Assembly (NCBI GenBank): GCA_045837725.1
Contig: JBEWZL010000236.1
Span: 186,001 to 250,000 of the forward strand
DNA: 64,000 nucleotides
Origin: Vermamoeba vermiformis
Taxonomy: Eukaryota
Reading direction: 5' to 3'
Part shown: one piece after another, positions 11,737-22,888 of the stretch
Position numbering within the stretch: the stretch's first letter is position 1
How the letters are laid out: each line of letters starts with the position of its first letter
Made by a program: the position numbers and the translations under genes
Notes under the pieces: generated by a model
What the model was told of the DNA's origin: nothing
Databases searched by the model: none
Seen by the model: only the letters and a program-made list of their open reading frames with translations

Positions 11737-14700
11737 ATGGGAGACACTGCCCACATAAGTCCCGAGCAAGCTAGTCAAGTGCTTAACTTGGCAAACGTCG
11801 ACGCTAATCTGATCGGCAAGTCCTTGATAGTTAAACAATTCAAATGGTCATGACTAACCGCACAAATTATAGACATACTTGCTCGAAAAGATGTAGTTAC
11901 TTTTGGCTCGCTTGTACGAGTAGGCTTGGAGTTAATTCGGGATCCAACGTAAGTTCAGAATAACAATTTTATTTTATTACGGGCATAAGAAATTATTGAT
12001 TATTTAGTTTATTGAACTCTAATCTTTACAGATAACAATATTATGAATTTGAAAAATTTGTTAATTAATCGAGATCTCGCCAGACTAGCACAAGAGACTG
12101 CTCCCCACACTATTAAATTATCGAATAAGGCCGTCAATATTATTAAAGATTTTGCCACGAGATTTCCCAGTAAGTACCAATAATTGACACGCCCGTGCTG
12201 GCCTCTAGTCTAATATAATCGTATTACAGCCATTTTGCCGCTAATTAAAGCCGGTCAATCCTCTCCCAAAGGTCACTTCATCTTTTGTTCCGACAGCGCA
12301 GTTATATCAGCCATCACAAAGTGGCGATTTGAACAATTACCACCGAGCATTATTGTACGCACTAAATACAGCTCATACACGTCATTATTAATCAACTACT
12401 TTACTTTAATTAGCTTCGAATGCAAGCACCACCAACGCCCCCAGCTGCAAAATTTACCCAACATGCACCGAGCACGGAAAATCAAGTACAGGAAGTAACC
12501 AGCACTGAGCCCAACAGTGATGGAGTGCAGAGTCAAAAGAAGAAAAAAGCACGACGAGGCAAAAAGAAAAAAGCAATGCCGAATGCACCAGACACAAGTC
12601 AAGACAGCGAAGATACAATTACGAGTTCAGCGAACACGGCCGATGAGAGCAACAAGTCAGCGGGCAATACAAACGTGTGGTTTCACAAGAACATTGAAAA
12701 TGTCAAAAAAGCAACGCCAACCAAGGCACCGCCGAAGTTAGGCAGTTCAAAGCCAAAACAACCACCTCCCAAGGCCAACACCACCACTAACAACAACAAA
12801 GCAGCTACTTCACCTGCCACAGCCAGTCCTCAGCTGGAGTCAAAAAGTACCCCGAGTCCAGCAAAGACGAGCACCATTCGCTACTCCGACATTCTCAAAG
12901 CACCGCCACCAAAGGTACGACATCAGCGTGCAAAAACTAGTATCTAACCTTTCGTCACCAGAAATCAACTCCACCACCTCCTGCTGCTGCTCCAAAGGCC
13001 ATTGCAAAAGCTCCTAGGGCTCCTCCAAAAGAAGCCACAGCCGCTCCTCCGAAAGCGCAGCCTAAGAGAAAGAAACGCGAGCCGATATTGCTTGGCGATA
13101 TTGTCATCAAAGAGGTACGAATGAAACCGTAACACAAATGTGAGCCTAACTAGTACATTGCAGCAAGAGGCAAAGAAACTGCCTGCAGCCAAGAAGAATA
13201 TACAGCCGCCAAAGAACAAAGCCCCTCCGAGCGCAGTTCTCACGATGAACACAGCGACAGATGCGGTCATTGTCAAGCGAAGTAAGGTGCGCGAGACACC
13301 GAAGCCGAAGAAGTTTAGTCGTCTGAAGAAATTGATTCTGATTGAACGTGCTGAGAAGTGGAAGTCGCGTAATACCGCAGCACAAGCGACACAAAACATC
13401 GATAGTAATGAAGACGCTGTGAAAAGAGATGACACGAAGGAAGATAGCGAGCACGAAGATATTGATGAACTGTCGGACGAGGTACTCAGATAAGCCCGTA
13501 TCTCACTGATAGTTTAATTAACACTCGCTTGTATTCAGGACAAAGATGCAAATTCCAATGTGAACAACACGAATGTAAATAATGAAGCAGAAACAAAACC
13601 CAAAATTACCAAAGTGAAGAAAGTTCCGAACAAGTTTCTCATCAGAGAGTGAGTCGCCATCATACCTCTCGTATATCCATATTTTATTAACCACCGATTA
13701 GATATTGCGACCAAATTATCACCGATCAACTCAACAGCAAGATTATCGCGTTATTGACCAAATTGCGGGAACTACAAACTAAGATGAAACAAAGGGACGC
13801 TAAGAAAGTACGTTAGCAAGCTCGCTTCGTCGAACAGTCCTAACTTTGTACAGGCTGCAATGAAAAGACGATTTGTAGTCGGACTGCGAGAGGTGGCGCG
13901 AAGTGTCAAAGTGTCACAAGTCAAGCTGATCATCTTAGCCCCAGACATCGAAGAAAGTAGTGCCCCAGGTACGCATACTGAGCCTATTTATCTCCGAAAC
14001 TAATTCCTCCGCAGAAAGTCTTGATGACCGCGTTGCGGAGATTCTTGAAGGAGCACGTGAGATGAGTGTCTTGTGCGTGTTTGGACTAAATAGGAAGAAA
14101 CTTGGAGCAGCGTTGGGCTTCAAATTGCGTATGAGCGTCGTTGGTCTATCGTATATAGATGGTAAGGATTGCTTACGTCGCTTACAGCTGTTGACATGTG
14201 TTGCAGGTGCCAATGAGCTGTACAATGATCTCGTGGAGTGTGCCGTCAAGAGCCGCATTCTGTTTGCCTTGCAACGAAAAGTACTCGAGCGCCAGGCTGA
14301 ATTACGAGGAACTGAATTAATTGTACCGAAATTCGAAGCTACAGGTCATCGAGATGAAGGTAAGGACAACACGGGACTAGATCTGGATGCACAATTGTTA
14401 ACTAGCAATACAGACACTCAAAAATCGAAGAACAAAATCCTGTTTACGATGGCAAAGTACAAAAATGAAGAGAAGCTGCCTGACTATCAAAAGTTCACCA
14501 CCGACAAGCTGGTAGATCTGTTACACGACGGACGATCGAAGCAAAAGAACAGCTTGACTCTGTTCGTGCAAGACCTTGATAAGAACAAAATACACCTTTT
14601 TGAAGAATTATCGCCAGCTACCAAAGTCATTGAGCTGAAAGTAAGCCATAACCGCCGGATATCCGAATCCCAATCTCTTCTCAATTCGGAATATTTCATT

Positions 14701-14890
14701 TTAGGAACAACTTCTGCTGCGCACTGCTACTGCAAAAAAACTCCTTCCAGAAATGCAACTAAAATTCCACGACCTGGTGCTTGGTGCGGAGTTGGATGAA
14801 GTGCCCATCAGCGAATTGCCTAGTTTAGAAAATTATTCGACAATTACTGTTCAAAAAAATGCCCTATCTTTAATCAAGATTGTTTTGTAA
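11737..14890 (+). CDS. SECISBP2: SECIS-binding protein 2 (L7Ae domain) with a C-terminal ubiquitin-like extension, multi-exon
   Basis: K-rich KKFSRLKKLILIER, IREYCDQII, KRRFVVGLREV, IILAPDIE...LDD and VFGLNRKKLG...SVVG...GANELY match SBP2. The first intron has a GC donor. Confidence 0.85.
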
Positions 14891-15413
14891 ATAATAAATG
14901 TAAATACTCCGAGGTGACGCGACGATCGTCCAAACGGTCTGAAACTGCTTCAAACCCTCGCAACAATCAGGAGACACGCGATATTGTAGCTCCCATGCAC
15001 TGGGATATTTAACAGCACGCTCTCGTCAGTAAGGGCAGCATTGTAGCTCGAATTGCAATTGAATCTGCGTAATGGAGAGATTGCGCGCGTACACAACAAT
15101 AAAAAATAACAGATGAAATTCTTATCGAAAAGCCCCACGATTGGTCAATCGGTTTTGTTTTTGTTTTTATATGTATCTTTCTCGACTGCACATAAAAATG
15201 ATAAAAATTTGGAGCTCTCTGATTGGTCGGCTGGAAAAGATAAAATCCAAAATTGGCGTTTCATCTCTTTTTTCTACATTGTTTTTTTTTCGTAACGTGG
15301 TGAAGCAAGCCTACCCCAAGTTCTTCCACCTTGGTAGTTCAGAGCTCCTCGCCGCAACACAAGAAAAAACTTTTGCTATTTTAGCAAGCCTTTAGAAACT
15401 TCGGTTTCGTCGT

Positions 15414-15479
15414 ATGCACTTTAACTTCCACTCTACTTTCACTTTCCTTGCAAATCCGGGTGACCGAGGGTATTCCTGA
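15414..15479 (+). promoter_or_regulatory. 21-codon uORF (MHFNFHSTFTFLANPGDRGYS*) in the AdoMetDC leader, ending TCC-TGA
   Basis: ATG at 15414 is in frame with TGA at 15477-15479, 17 nt before the main start. AdoMetDC mRNAs are commonly uORF-regulated. Confidence 0.65.
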
Positions 15480-15496
15480 CATCTCTAACTACGTGA

Positions 15497-16634
15497 ATGT
15501 AAGTATTCTCAAATTTGGCGCGAATGCCAGCGAAGCATCTGAATCAAATCCCAAAACAGAAAAATTAATTGCCATTAATTAAATAGGTCGGCTATCCAAG
15601 ATTTCCTCCTTGATACTGGTGTTAACCTTCCCCCAGCACAAGAGTGCTTTGGTTTTGAAGGCGTCGAAAAGAAGCTCGAAATCGACTTCAAGAAGATTAA
15701 AAACAACAAGCTTGGCTTGCGCGTCATTCCTCGCGCTTGCTGGGAAGAAGTACTCGATATTGTCAAATGCAAAATCCTCAACATGACCAAGAACGCGTAC
15801 TTCGATGCTTATGTCTTATCCGAATCTAGCTTGTTTGTCTATCCATACAAAGTCATGCTCAAGACTTGCGGCACAACTGTTACCCTTCGCTGCCTTGACA
15901 GACTCATGGAAATTGTGAAGGAGCACGTTCCCGAGACCTCTATCGAATTCTGCTTCTTCAGTCGACGCAATCTTCTCTTCCCCGATCGACAGATCTTCCC
16001 TCACACTAGCTTCGAAGACGAAGTTGGCTACTTGAACAAAGCTTTTGGTACTGATGGAGAGGCCTACGTCTTTGGCCCCAACAACGCTCATCAATGGCAC
16101 TTGTACTTTGTCGACTACAGCGACAAGACCGAGATCACAGACGACGTGACTTTGGAGATTATGATGACTGACCTTGACCGCACTGTCATGGAACAGTTCT
16201 ACAAATCTGCCGAAGATATTTCTGCTAAAGAAATCACTCGTTCTGCCGGTATCTCGAATCTGATCCCTGGTCAAGTCACTGACGAGTACATGTTCGACCC
16301 CTGTGGCTATTCGATGAACGGTTTGTTTGGTGATGTCTACTCCACCATTCACATCACTCCTGAGGCTCACTGCTCATTCGTCTCGTTCGAAACCAACATC
16401 AAGGCTGCTGATTACACCAAGGTCCTCAACGATGTAATTGCTGCCTTCAAGCCTGGAAGATTCACCGTATCTCTCTTTGCCGACAGCGGCGCTCTCTGTG
16501 GTCCTTCAACCTTCAATGCTTTCAACCGCGAAGTTGGCGGTTTTACTTGCAAATCCAATGCCTACCACGAGTTCGAAGGACAATACAACGTTACGGTTAG
16601 CAACTATGTTGCCCGTGACTTTATTGGCGCTTAA
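15497..16634 (+). CDS. AMD1: S-adenosylmethionine decarboxylase proenzyme; start codon split AT|G by intron 15499-15586
   Basis: FEGVEKKLEIDF, the YVLSESSLFV autocleavage site, LKTCGTT, FDPCGYSMNG and TIHITPE. The only in-frame start is made by splicing. Confidence 0.95.
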
Positions 16635-16857
16635 ATACAACAAGCGCACACACTAGTGACCAATGCTCTTTGATTGGTCACTGCCGCTGTTTGCCCCCGT
16701 GACAGCTAATTAGTTTGCAATCAATTTATGTAAAGCACCCTCTCACCTCACAACAACAACTTGTAAATACTACTTGCTTAAGAGTGGACGATGTTCACTA
16801 ATGTTAATAAAGAAGTGCTTGCGAAATCAAATCCGCTTCGTGAAACCTTTCATTGGT

Positions 16858-17584
16858 TTATTTAGTGGCTGGTGTGCCGGTAGTACGAGGAGTTTTAAAG
16901 TAAGCAACAGCAGGCGTGTATGTGTATTCCATGAGCTTAGTAACTCCGTGATCGATAGGCTTGTAGATGATGGGAATGGCGACCAAACCGCTGGATGTGG
17001 TGTCAGTCGAAGTTTGACGACAAAGTTTGCTGCTTACCTGAGTGTGGATGCCCATCGCTGCGCTAATGGTGACAAGGTGCTGCGTTGCAGAGCTTTAGCA
17101 GTGAAGTGACAAGTGCGATTAATAAAGAACGGAGGAACGACAACGCTCGCCAACAATTGCCATAGCGCCGTTTCGCCCGCTTTTTCAAAATTAAATTTTC
17201 CCTAACGAGTGCAAAGCGGGTTAGCGATTGGTTGTGTTGAAATGCAGGAGGGAAATTAAATTAATATTTTCAGTTGCAGATCTCGCGGTAATTATTTGTA
17301 TAATGGGATTTTATTCGGAAAATCTCACTAAAATGTTCAATAAAAAAATTACCTGATTATTTACACTCGCTTTCTTTCCTTTATCAACGGTGTCAGCTGC
17401 AGCGTAGCCGATCGCCACTAAATATGTGGAAATAACTACTGAACGAGGAATGACTGGTCTAAATGCTTCACCGACTTCATTTGCGTAGCCTAAAAAGCGC
17501 ATCCAACCGTCTGCATCGAAGTTCAGAATTCAGCTGCCACAGCAAGTTTGTTGAAGTTACCTTTGAACGGATCGTGCTCGACAT
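16858..17584 (-). CDS. MTFP1: Mitochondrial fission process protein MTP18
   Basis: RFLGYANEVGEAFRP, WQLLASVVVPPFFINRTC and GLVAIPIIYKPID. Confidence 0.88.
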
Positions 17585-17768
17585 TTGTAGCTTTGTGTTC
17601 GCTCATTTTGTTATGTTTATATTCTATTGCTCTGTATTGGCAAGTTTTAAGAATAAATTTCGCGTTTCAATTTAATTTACCCGTAAGAAACTCACCGTTA
17701 ATAGGAATGAGTTTATTATGTACATTTATGGGATAAGTAGTGATGCCGCAACGATAGGATATTACCCT

Positions 17769-19285
17769 CTATTCTTGTTTCTTAGCCTCACCACTCTTAG
17801 TTTTCTTGCCCCACAGACCCTCGTGGTAGGCCAACTTGTCTTGGAATGTAGCTTCAGAGACTGGCACTTTCAACGCCTTGGCCATCACCTGTACTTCATG
17901 TTAGAGGATCGCGATATTATGCATGTGTAGTACGTGCCTGTCTAACATTGTCAGCGAAGAGTTTGGGGTCTTTCTTCTCAGCCTCGTTGGGATAGTACAC
18001 GGGCAAGAACTCAACTTCGCAGTGGTTTCTGAACTGGGCGAACAATCTCAAAATGTGAGGAATGCCCTTGATGGACTCGTACGTCGGACTGAAGTTCTTG
18101 TAGGGATATCGAATGACTACTGGCTTGACCGGATGACCTCCGATAAATGCACCGGTCTTGAATTGGACTGTCATAGTGATAAGGAGTTAGTAACGAGTCA
18201 CTCAAATACAGAGCTGATATTGCGTACTTAAATAGCGGCCGTTGCTAGTGGTACCCTCAGGAAAGCAAAGAATTGGTGCCTTGTCTGTTTGATTGGTTAG
18301 AATTGTCGTGAAGCAATAGATCAGTCTAAAAACAATGCAGTACCTAATTCCACACCTCGCTGTGCAATCTGAGTGGCTACACTTTCACCCGTGTGACCGA
18401 CGCGAGTGGACACGAAGACACCTTGCCACGCTTGAGACAAGTAGCCAATCAAGGGAATGTTCTTCACTTCAGCCTGTGCCGCGTTAGAATACACACGAGG
18501 GTCATAATAAGATCTTCTAGTACCTTGGCTACGAAGCCAGGAATGCCGTCAGCAACACCCATCATGACAAAAATGTCGAGCCAAGAGGTGTGGTTCATGA
18601 CAATAATATTCGCTTGGCCTTTGTCGCCTGTGAGCTAAATATATTGCATTAATATGTAGTCGCCGAGTACAATAGATTGCTTACTCTATTTGAGCCCTTA
18701 ATAGGCACGTAATAGAATCCCATGATCCACAACAGATTGCGAGCCATAATTTGCCACGAGTTGACGAACCAATCTCTGTGGAGGATATTAATATGAGTAT
18801 AATTAATATATATTAGACGTGCCTGCGCCACTTTGGAATGGGTTTGCTCAAGTCATTGATGCCTATCAAGCCGAAGTGCACGACGACAAAGTACCACGAG
18901 ACCAGCACTAGTGAAGCTATAATTCGGATAGGGACGAGAATAAGGCCTCCTACGACGAGCTAAAAATTAATTAGATTAATTCATATGCATTCTATAAATA
19001 ATAACAATAAACCGGTCAAATTACAATTAAAAATGTCAAAAATCAAAAAATAATTAGGATCAAATCCTACAAATGTCTAAAACGGAAATTACAACAGATT
19101 ATGATCGAAATATTATTTTCGATATTTTATCGGTTCTATTTCACTAATTCCTGAACCGAAAATAGTGGATCTGTCTGTCGAGGTTTCTTTACCTTGAATT
19201 GTTCATAGACGTTCCATTTATCGTTTCTAACAAACGGAAGAAAGTTTGGATTGATACCAGAGTCAGGTACTTTATGCTCAGACAT
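17769..19285 (-). CDS. Lysophospholipid acyltransferase (LPCAT/LPEAT-like), multi-exon
   Basis: NHTSWLD, GFVAK, LCFPEGTTSNG and FKTGAFIGGHPVKPVVIRYP. Confidence 0.9.
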
Positions 19286-19669
19286 TGCGTTCGTTCGTTG
19301 CAAAATAAAAAACTGGATGCAACCCAAGTTCATTGATGGCCTTTAACGCCCGGAGTTTCAACACCTATCAGTTAATAGTAGCAGCAAGTCCATGAGTAAT
19401 ACCAATGACAAGTACCACTACAGAGTATAGTTGCTGGGATAAAGAGGCAAAGCAGATCTGGGTGGTACGACAGTGTAGTTCTAATTAAATATTTAGCAGG
19501 TTTATTAACACGATTATATTTACATATTAAACATTGGTTTCGCGAGCTCAAAATTTCCTCTTCACTTCTTCTCGTATTGTTCATCATTAATTGCGAGTGC
19601 CAGTCGACAATGAAACTCTGATCAATTCAATCAAACTCTTCAAATCCAGATCTAGCGACGGTGGGGAAG

Positions 19670-21132
19670 TTAAAAGAACAAAGGATGAATGCTCTTCTTG
19701 GTCAGGTGCGTACGGCAGATAGGGCACTTCCGTTGTATCTCAATCGCAGGCAAAATGCAACCTTCGCAGAAGATGTGGCCGCACACAGTAGCAGTGATGT
19801 TCTCAATAGGCCCCAAGCATATAGCACACTTCAAGTCCTTAGTCAAGTCTGCAACAGTCGCAGCTGCAGTCTTGGTCTCCGTCGCATTGGGCTTGTCTGG
19901 GCTCTTCGTGCTGGCACTCGATCCACCGCCAGATGTGCTCGATTTGTTCGTGGGCTCGTCATCGTCAATGTCCACGACAGTCACTGGACCTTGTTGCGAA
20001 CTCGAGCTCATGCTGCCCATGCTGCGATTGAGCTGTTGTTGTTGCTGACGACGACGCGACCAATAACCTCCACCGAATCTGTCTTCAACATTCTCGACAG
20101 GCTCTCGTGAGCGGTGGTCATTTAATAATGGTCGCAGCGAAGCTGGCACTGGGGGCAGTGTGTTGAACAAGAAGTCGATTGCAGCAGCTGGAGAGTGACG
20201 TTGATAAGAGGTCAACAGATATTGAGGCAAGCTAGGATACTGACCCATGCCAAACGAACGCATTAACGAGTTCAAGGTGCTAGGAGTGGAGGGCGGGTAC
20301 GAAGCATTGCGCTATAATCGTAAAAATAGGGTGTTAGTTGCGTGTTCGTGCAATCGCGTGATTTCTGATTTTCAAAACTAACTCCGGATTGGAGTTCCAT
20401 TACAAGATTTCGGCCGTAGTATGTCATTTCAAATTAAGCTATAATATTTAGGCGTTAACTTACCGTAGTCATTGGTGTCAACGGGACTCTAGAAGCAGAT
20501 GGGGCAGTTTCCACGTCAATTACGTCGCGATCACTCGTTAAATCGATTACATCTTCCTCAGAATTGCTCGAAGCTATAGAACGGACTATTAATATACGTT
20601 TGGATGGAAATTATGGGTGAATCAAGAAGTTTGCGCGTGCCAAAATTTAATGCACGAGAAGACGCATCTGAACTGCATTTTTTAGCGGGAAATAAGATGT
20701 TCACAGCATGATAATATTATTTTCGCATATTATGATTATATGATATTCGGGGATATTAATCAGCACGGCAGTTAATGCATTCTAGAATTAGAAATCGGAT
20801 TTTACCTTCAGATGCCATAGAAGTGCGTAATCTCTTCCGCCTTGTTTGCGGTTCATCTTCACGTTGTCTTTTACGTCCTCGAGTATTAATTGGAGCTCTC
20901 TCAGGCTGTATTATGAAATAGGAAAATTATTAGTAATCCAAATAACAAATTTGAAATTATGAGCTGGAATAAATCCCATGCAAACAATAATTACCTCATG
21001 CTCGTCTATTGATTCCTCGGAGTCCGAATCGTCAATTAATATCGTTGCTGGCTCGGGTTGTGTCAAGCAAACCGTCCGCGAAGGATGAATCACCGATGGT
21101 GGAGAGAGTAATGTTTCGCTTTGAGAAGCCAT
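19670..21132 (-). CDS. RNF4-like SUMO-targeted RING E3 ligase
   Basis: C-terminal C3HC4 RING (CAICL...TVCGHIFCEGCI...CPIC...IHPLFF) and several SIM-like motifs (ILIDDSD, VIDLT, VIDVE, VVDID). Confidence 0.8.
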
Positions 21133-21766
21133 GTACAATGTGTTGTGTATATATTACAGTTATTACGGAGTTTCTTATGATTCAAATAAATAATAAGCGT
21201 TGTTGAAGACTCCAGAACAAGATCAAATGAACATCTTAGTAAAGTGAGGGTTTTTGTTGATAATTGTGGTCGCGTTACCTAGTCGTCATCAGAAAATAAG
21301 CTATTGGTTGGGTTTCTGTCATTCTTGTGCTTTTTGGTCCGAAGAAATTCTTCGGAAAACTGAAGTTCAAAATGGATCGCCGGAAACACGTGTTTCGAGA
21401 AGTCTTCAGAAGACGAATTTCACCGTGTCATTTTCTGAAAAAACTCTTTCGGCAATTCACGAGACTCTTCTTAAGGGCGAGGAGGAAAAGGTTGGATTCG
21501 CACTCCGCGTAACAATACCAGACCTTCTAGAACTCGTTTCCAGAGTCGACTTTTGTTCGGTTAAAAGCACAGCTTGACTGCTCGCGAATGATGTTGATCA
21601 TCGGGCGTCAATAAACTGGTACAATGAATGGAATGTGAACTTCATTTCCTGCAGCTTGGATCCAAGCCGTTGTAGCGGCTTCAGTAGTTACAGCAATTTG
21701 ATAGTCGATTCAATTCAACGGCGATTTTAAGATAAATTATACAGTGCCGGTACAAAGACAGGTCGC

Positions 21767-22675
21767 TTATTGTCTGACCTGATCAATCAATTGCTGCGTC
21801 AGTGTTTTAGGCAGTCCTTGAATGGTTTCTTCTTCGCCCTCAAGTGATCTGTTCATAATGTAAGTAATATATCCATATATGCATACTATAAGAGCGTTAG
21901 TATGCTCGTAGTCTAAGTACGTACTTCAAGTAAGGGGTCATATGTTCGATTGTAAAGCCACCTGCACACCACATGACATCGCCTTGCTTGATTAATTCGT
22001 CAATCACGTGCTCGGGTATTTCATGAAAATATTGCTTCGCGGTTGCTACGCCTTCAGCTCTCTTGCCTGCATGGTCGTCAACACGCGTGTTCACAACTAT
22101 AGATTTTCAACGTTGTTACGTACCAGTAGCAGTGTTAATGATGACCAATCCATCAACAGCCTCAGCGGGATGGTCTTTATAGCTGCGCAAGAATGTTCTG
22201 CACTCTTCTTCGTCTTTAGGCTTCTCCCGAACTTGGCCGTTGTAAACGATGACTTGATCCGAGCAAATCAATATGGCAGGCTCAGTAATCTATACGAAAA
22301 TCTTAATGACGTGATGTGGGGTTGGTTAATATCGATTTAAGCGCTATGGCTGTCAGGAAGTCAACTTCCATTCTGAATTAATTTTTAAAATTCACAATAT
22401 CCTCTACTTGACAATTAGTACGACTATTAACGTTACCTTTGGCAATAACGCTTCGGCCTTGGCTCTAGCAATTTTTAAAGTCATAACGTGCGGATTTGGA
22501 TCGCGAATTGCTGAAAGATTCGTCTTAATAATCGTCAGGATGAATACTTATCTAATTTACCCTTCTCGTCAATATCAGGTGACATTGTCTCGAATGTGTA
22601 GCCCATTTTGCTCAGCATCTCCTTGCGCCATTTCGATGAGGAGCCAAGGATGATTTTAGGAGTAGTGCTGGCCAT
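21767..22675 (-). CDS. Maf family nucleotide pyrophosphatase
   Basis: IILGSSSKWR, MSPDIDEKAIR, IARAKAEAL, LICSDQV, EKP, CAGGFTIE and TIQGLP. Confidence 0.9.
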
Positions 22676-22888
22676 AATGATGCTCGTTAGTGTGTTGACA
22701 AGATATTGCTTTCAAGCGGAAGAACTAACGCACGCTGTGGAATTTTATCTCGAAACTAGGAGATATTCACACTTGTGGATTTGCTCCTCCTGAAAAAAAA
22801 CGTTTCGGGTGCTTTTTTGTTCAAAATCTTTATTTATTGAGCAACAATGCAGCGATAGCGATCTTTTACTTGAAATTCAACTTGAACC

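Noticed and set aside
15474-15480. Antizyme-style frameshift producing AdoMetDC itself
   Set aside because: The enzyme frame is +2 relative to the uORF and has an in-frame TGA immediately before its ATG. A +1 shift ends at 15613.
21455-21545. RNase P/MRP RNA, suggested by GAAGGTCTG on the minus strand
   Set aside because: No matching CR-V partner sequence was found, so it is not supportable without a covariance search.
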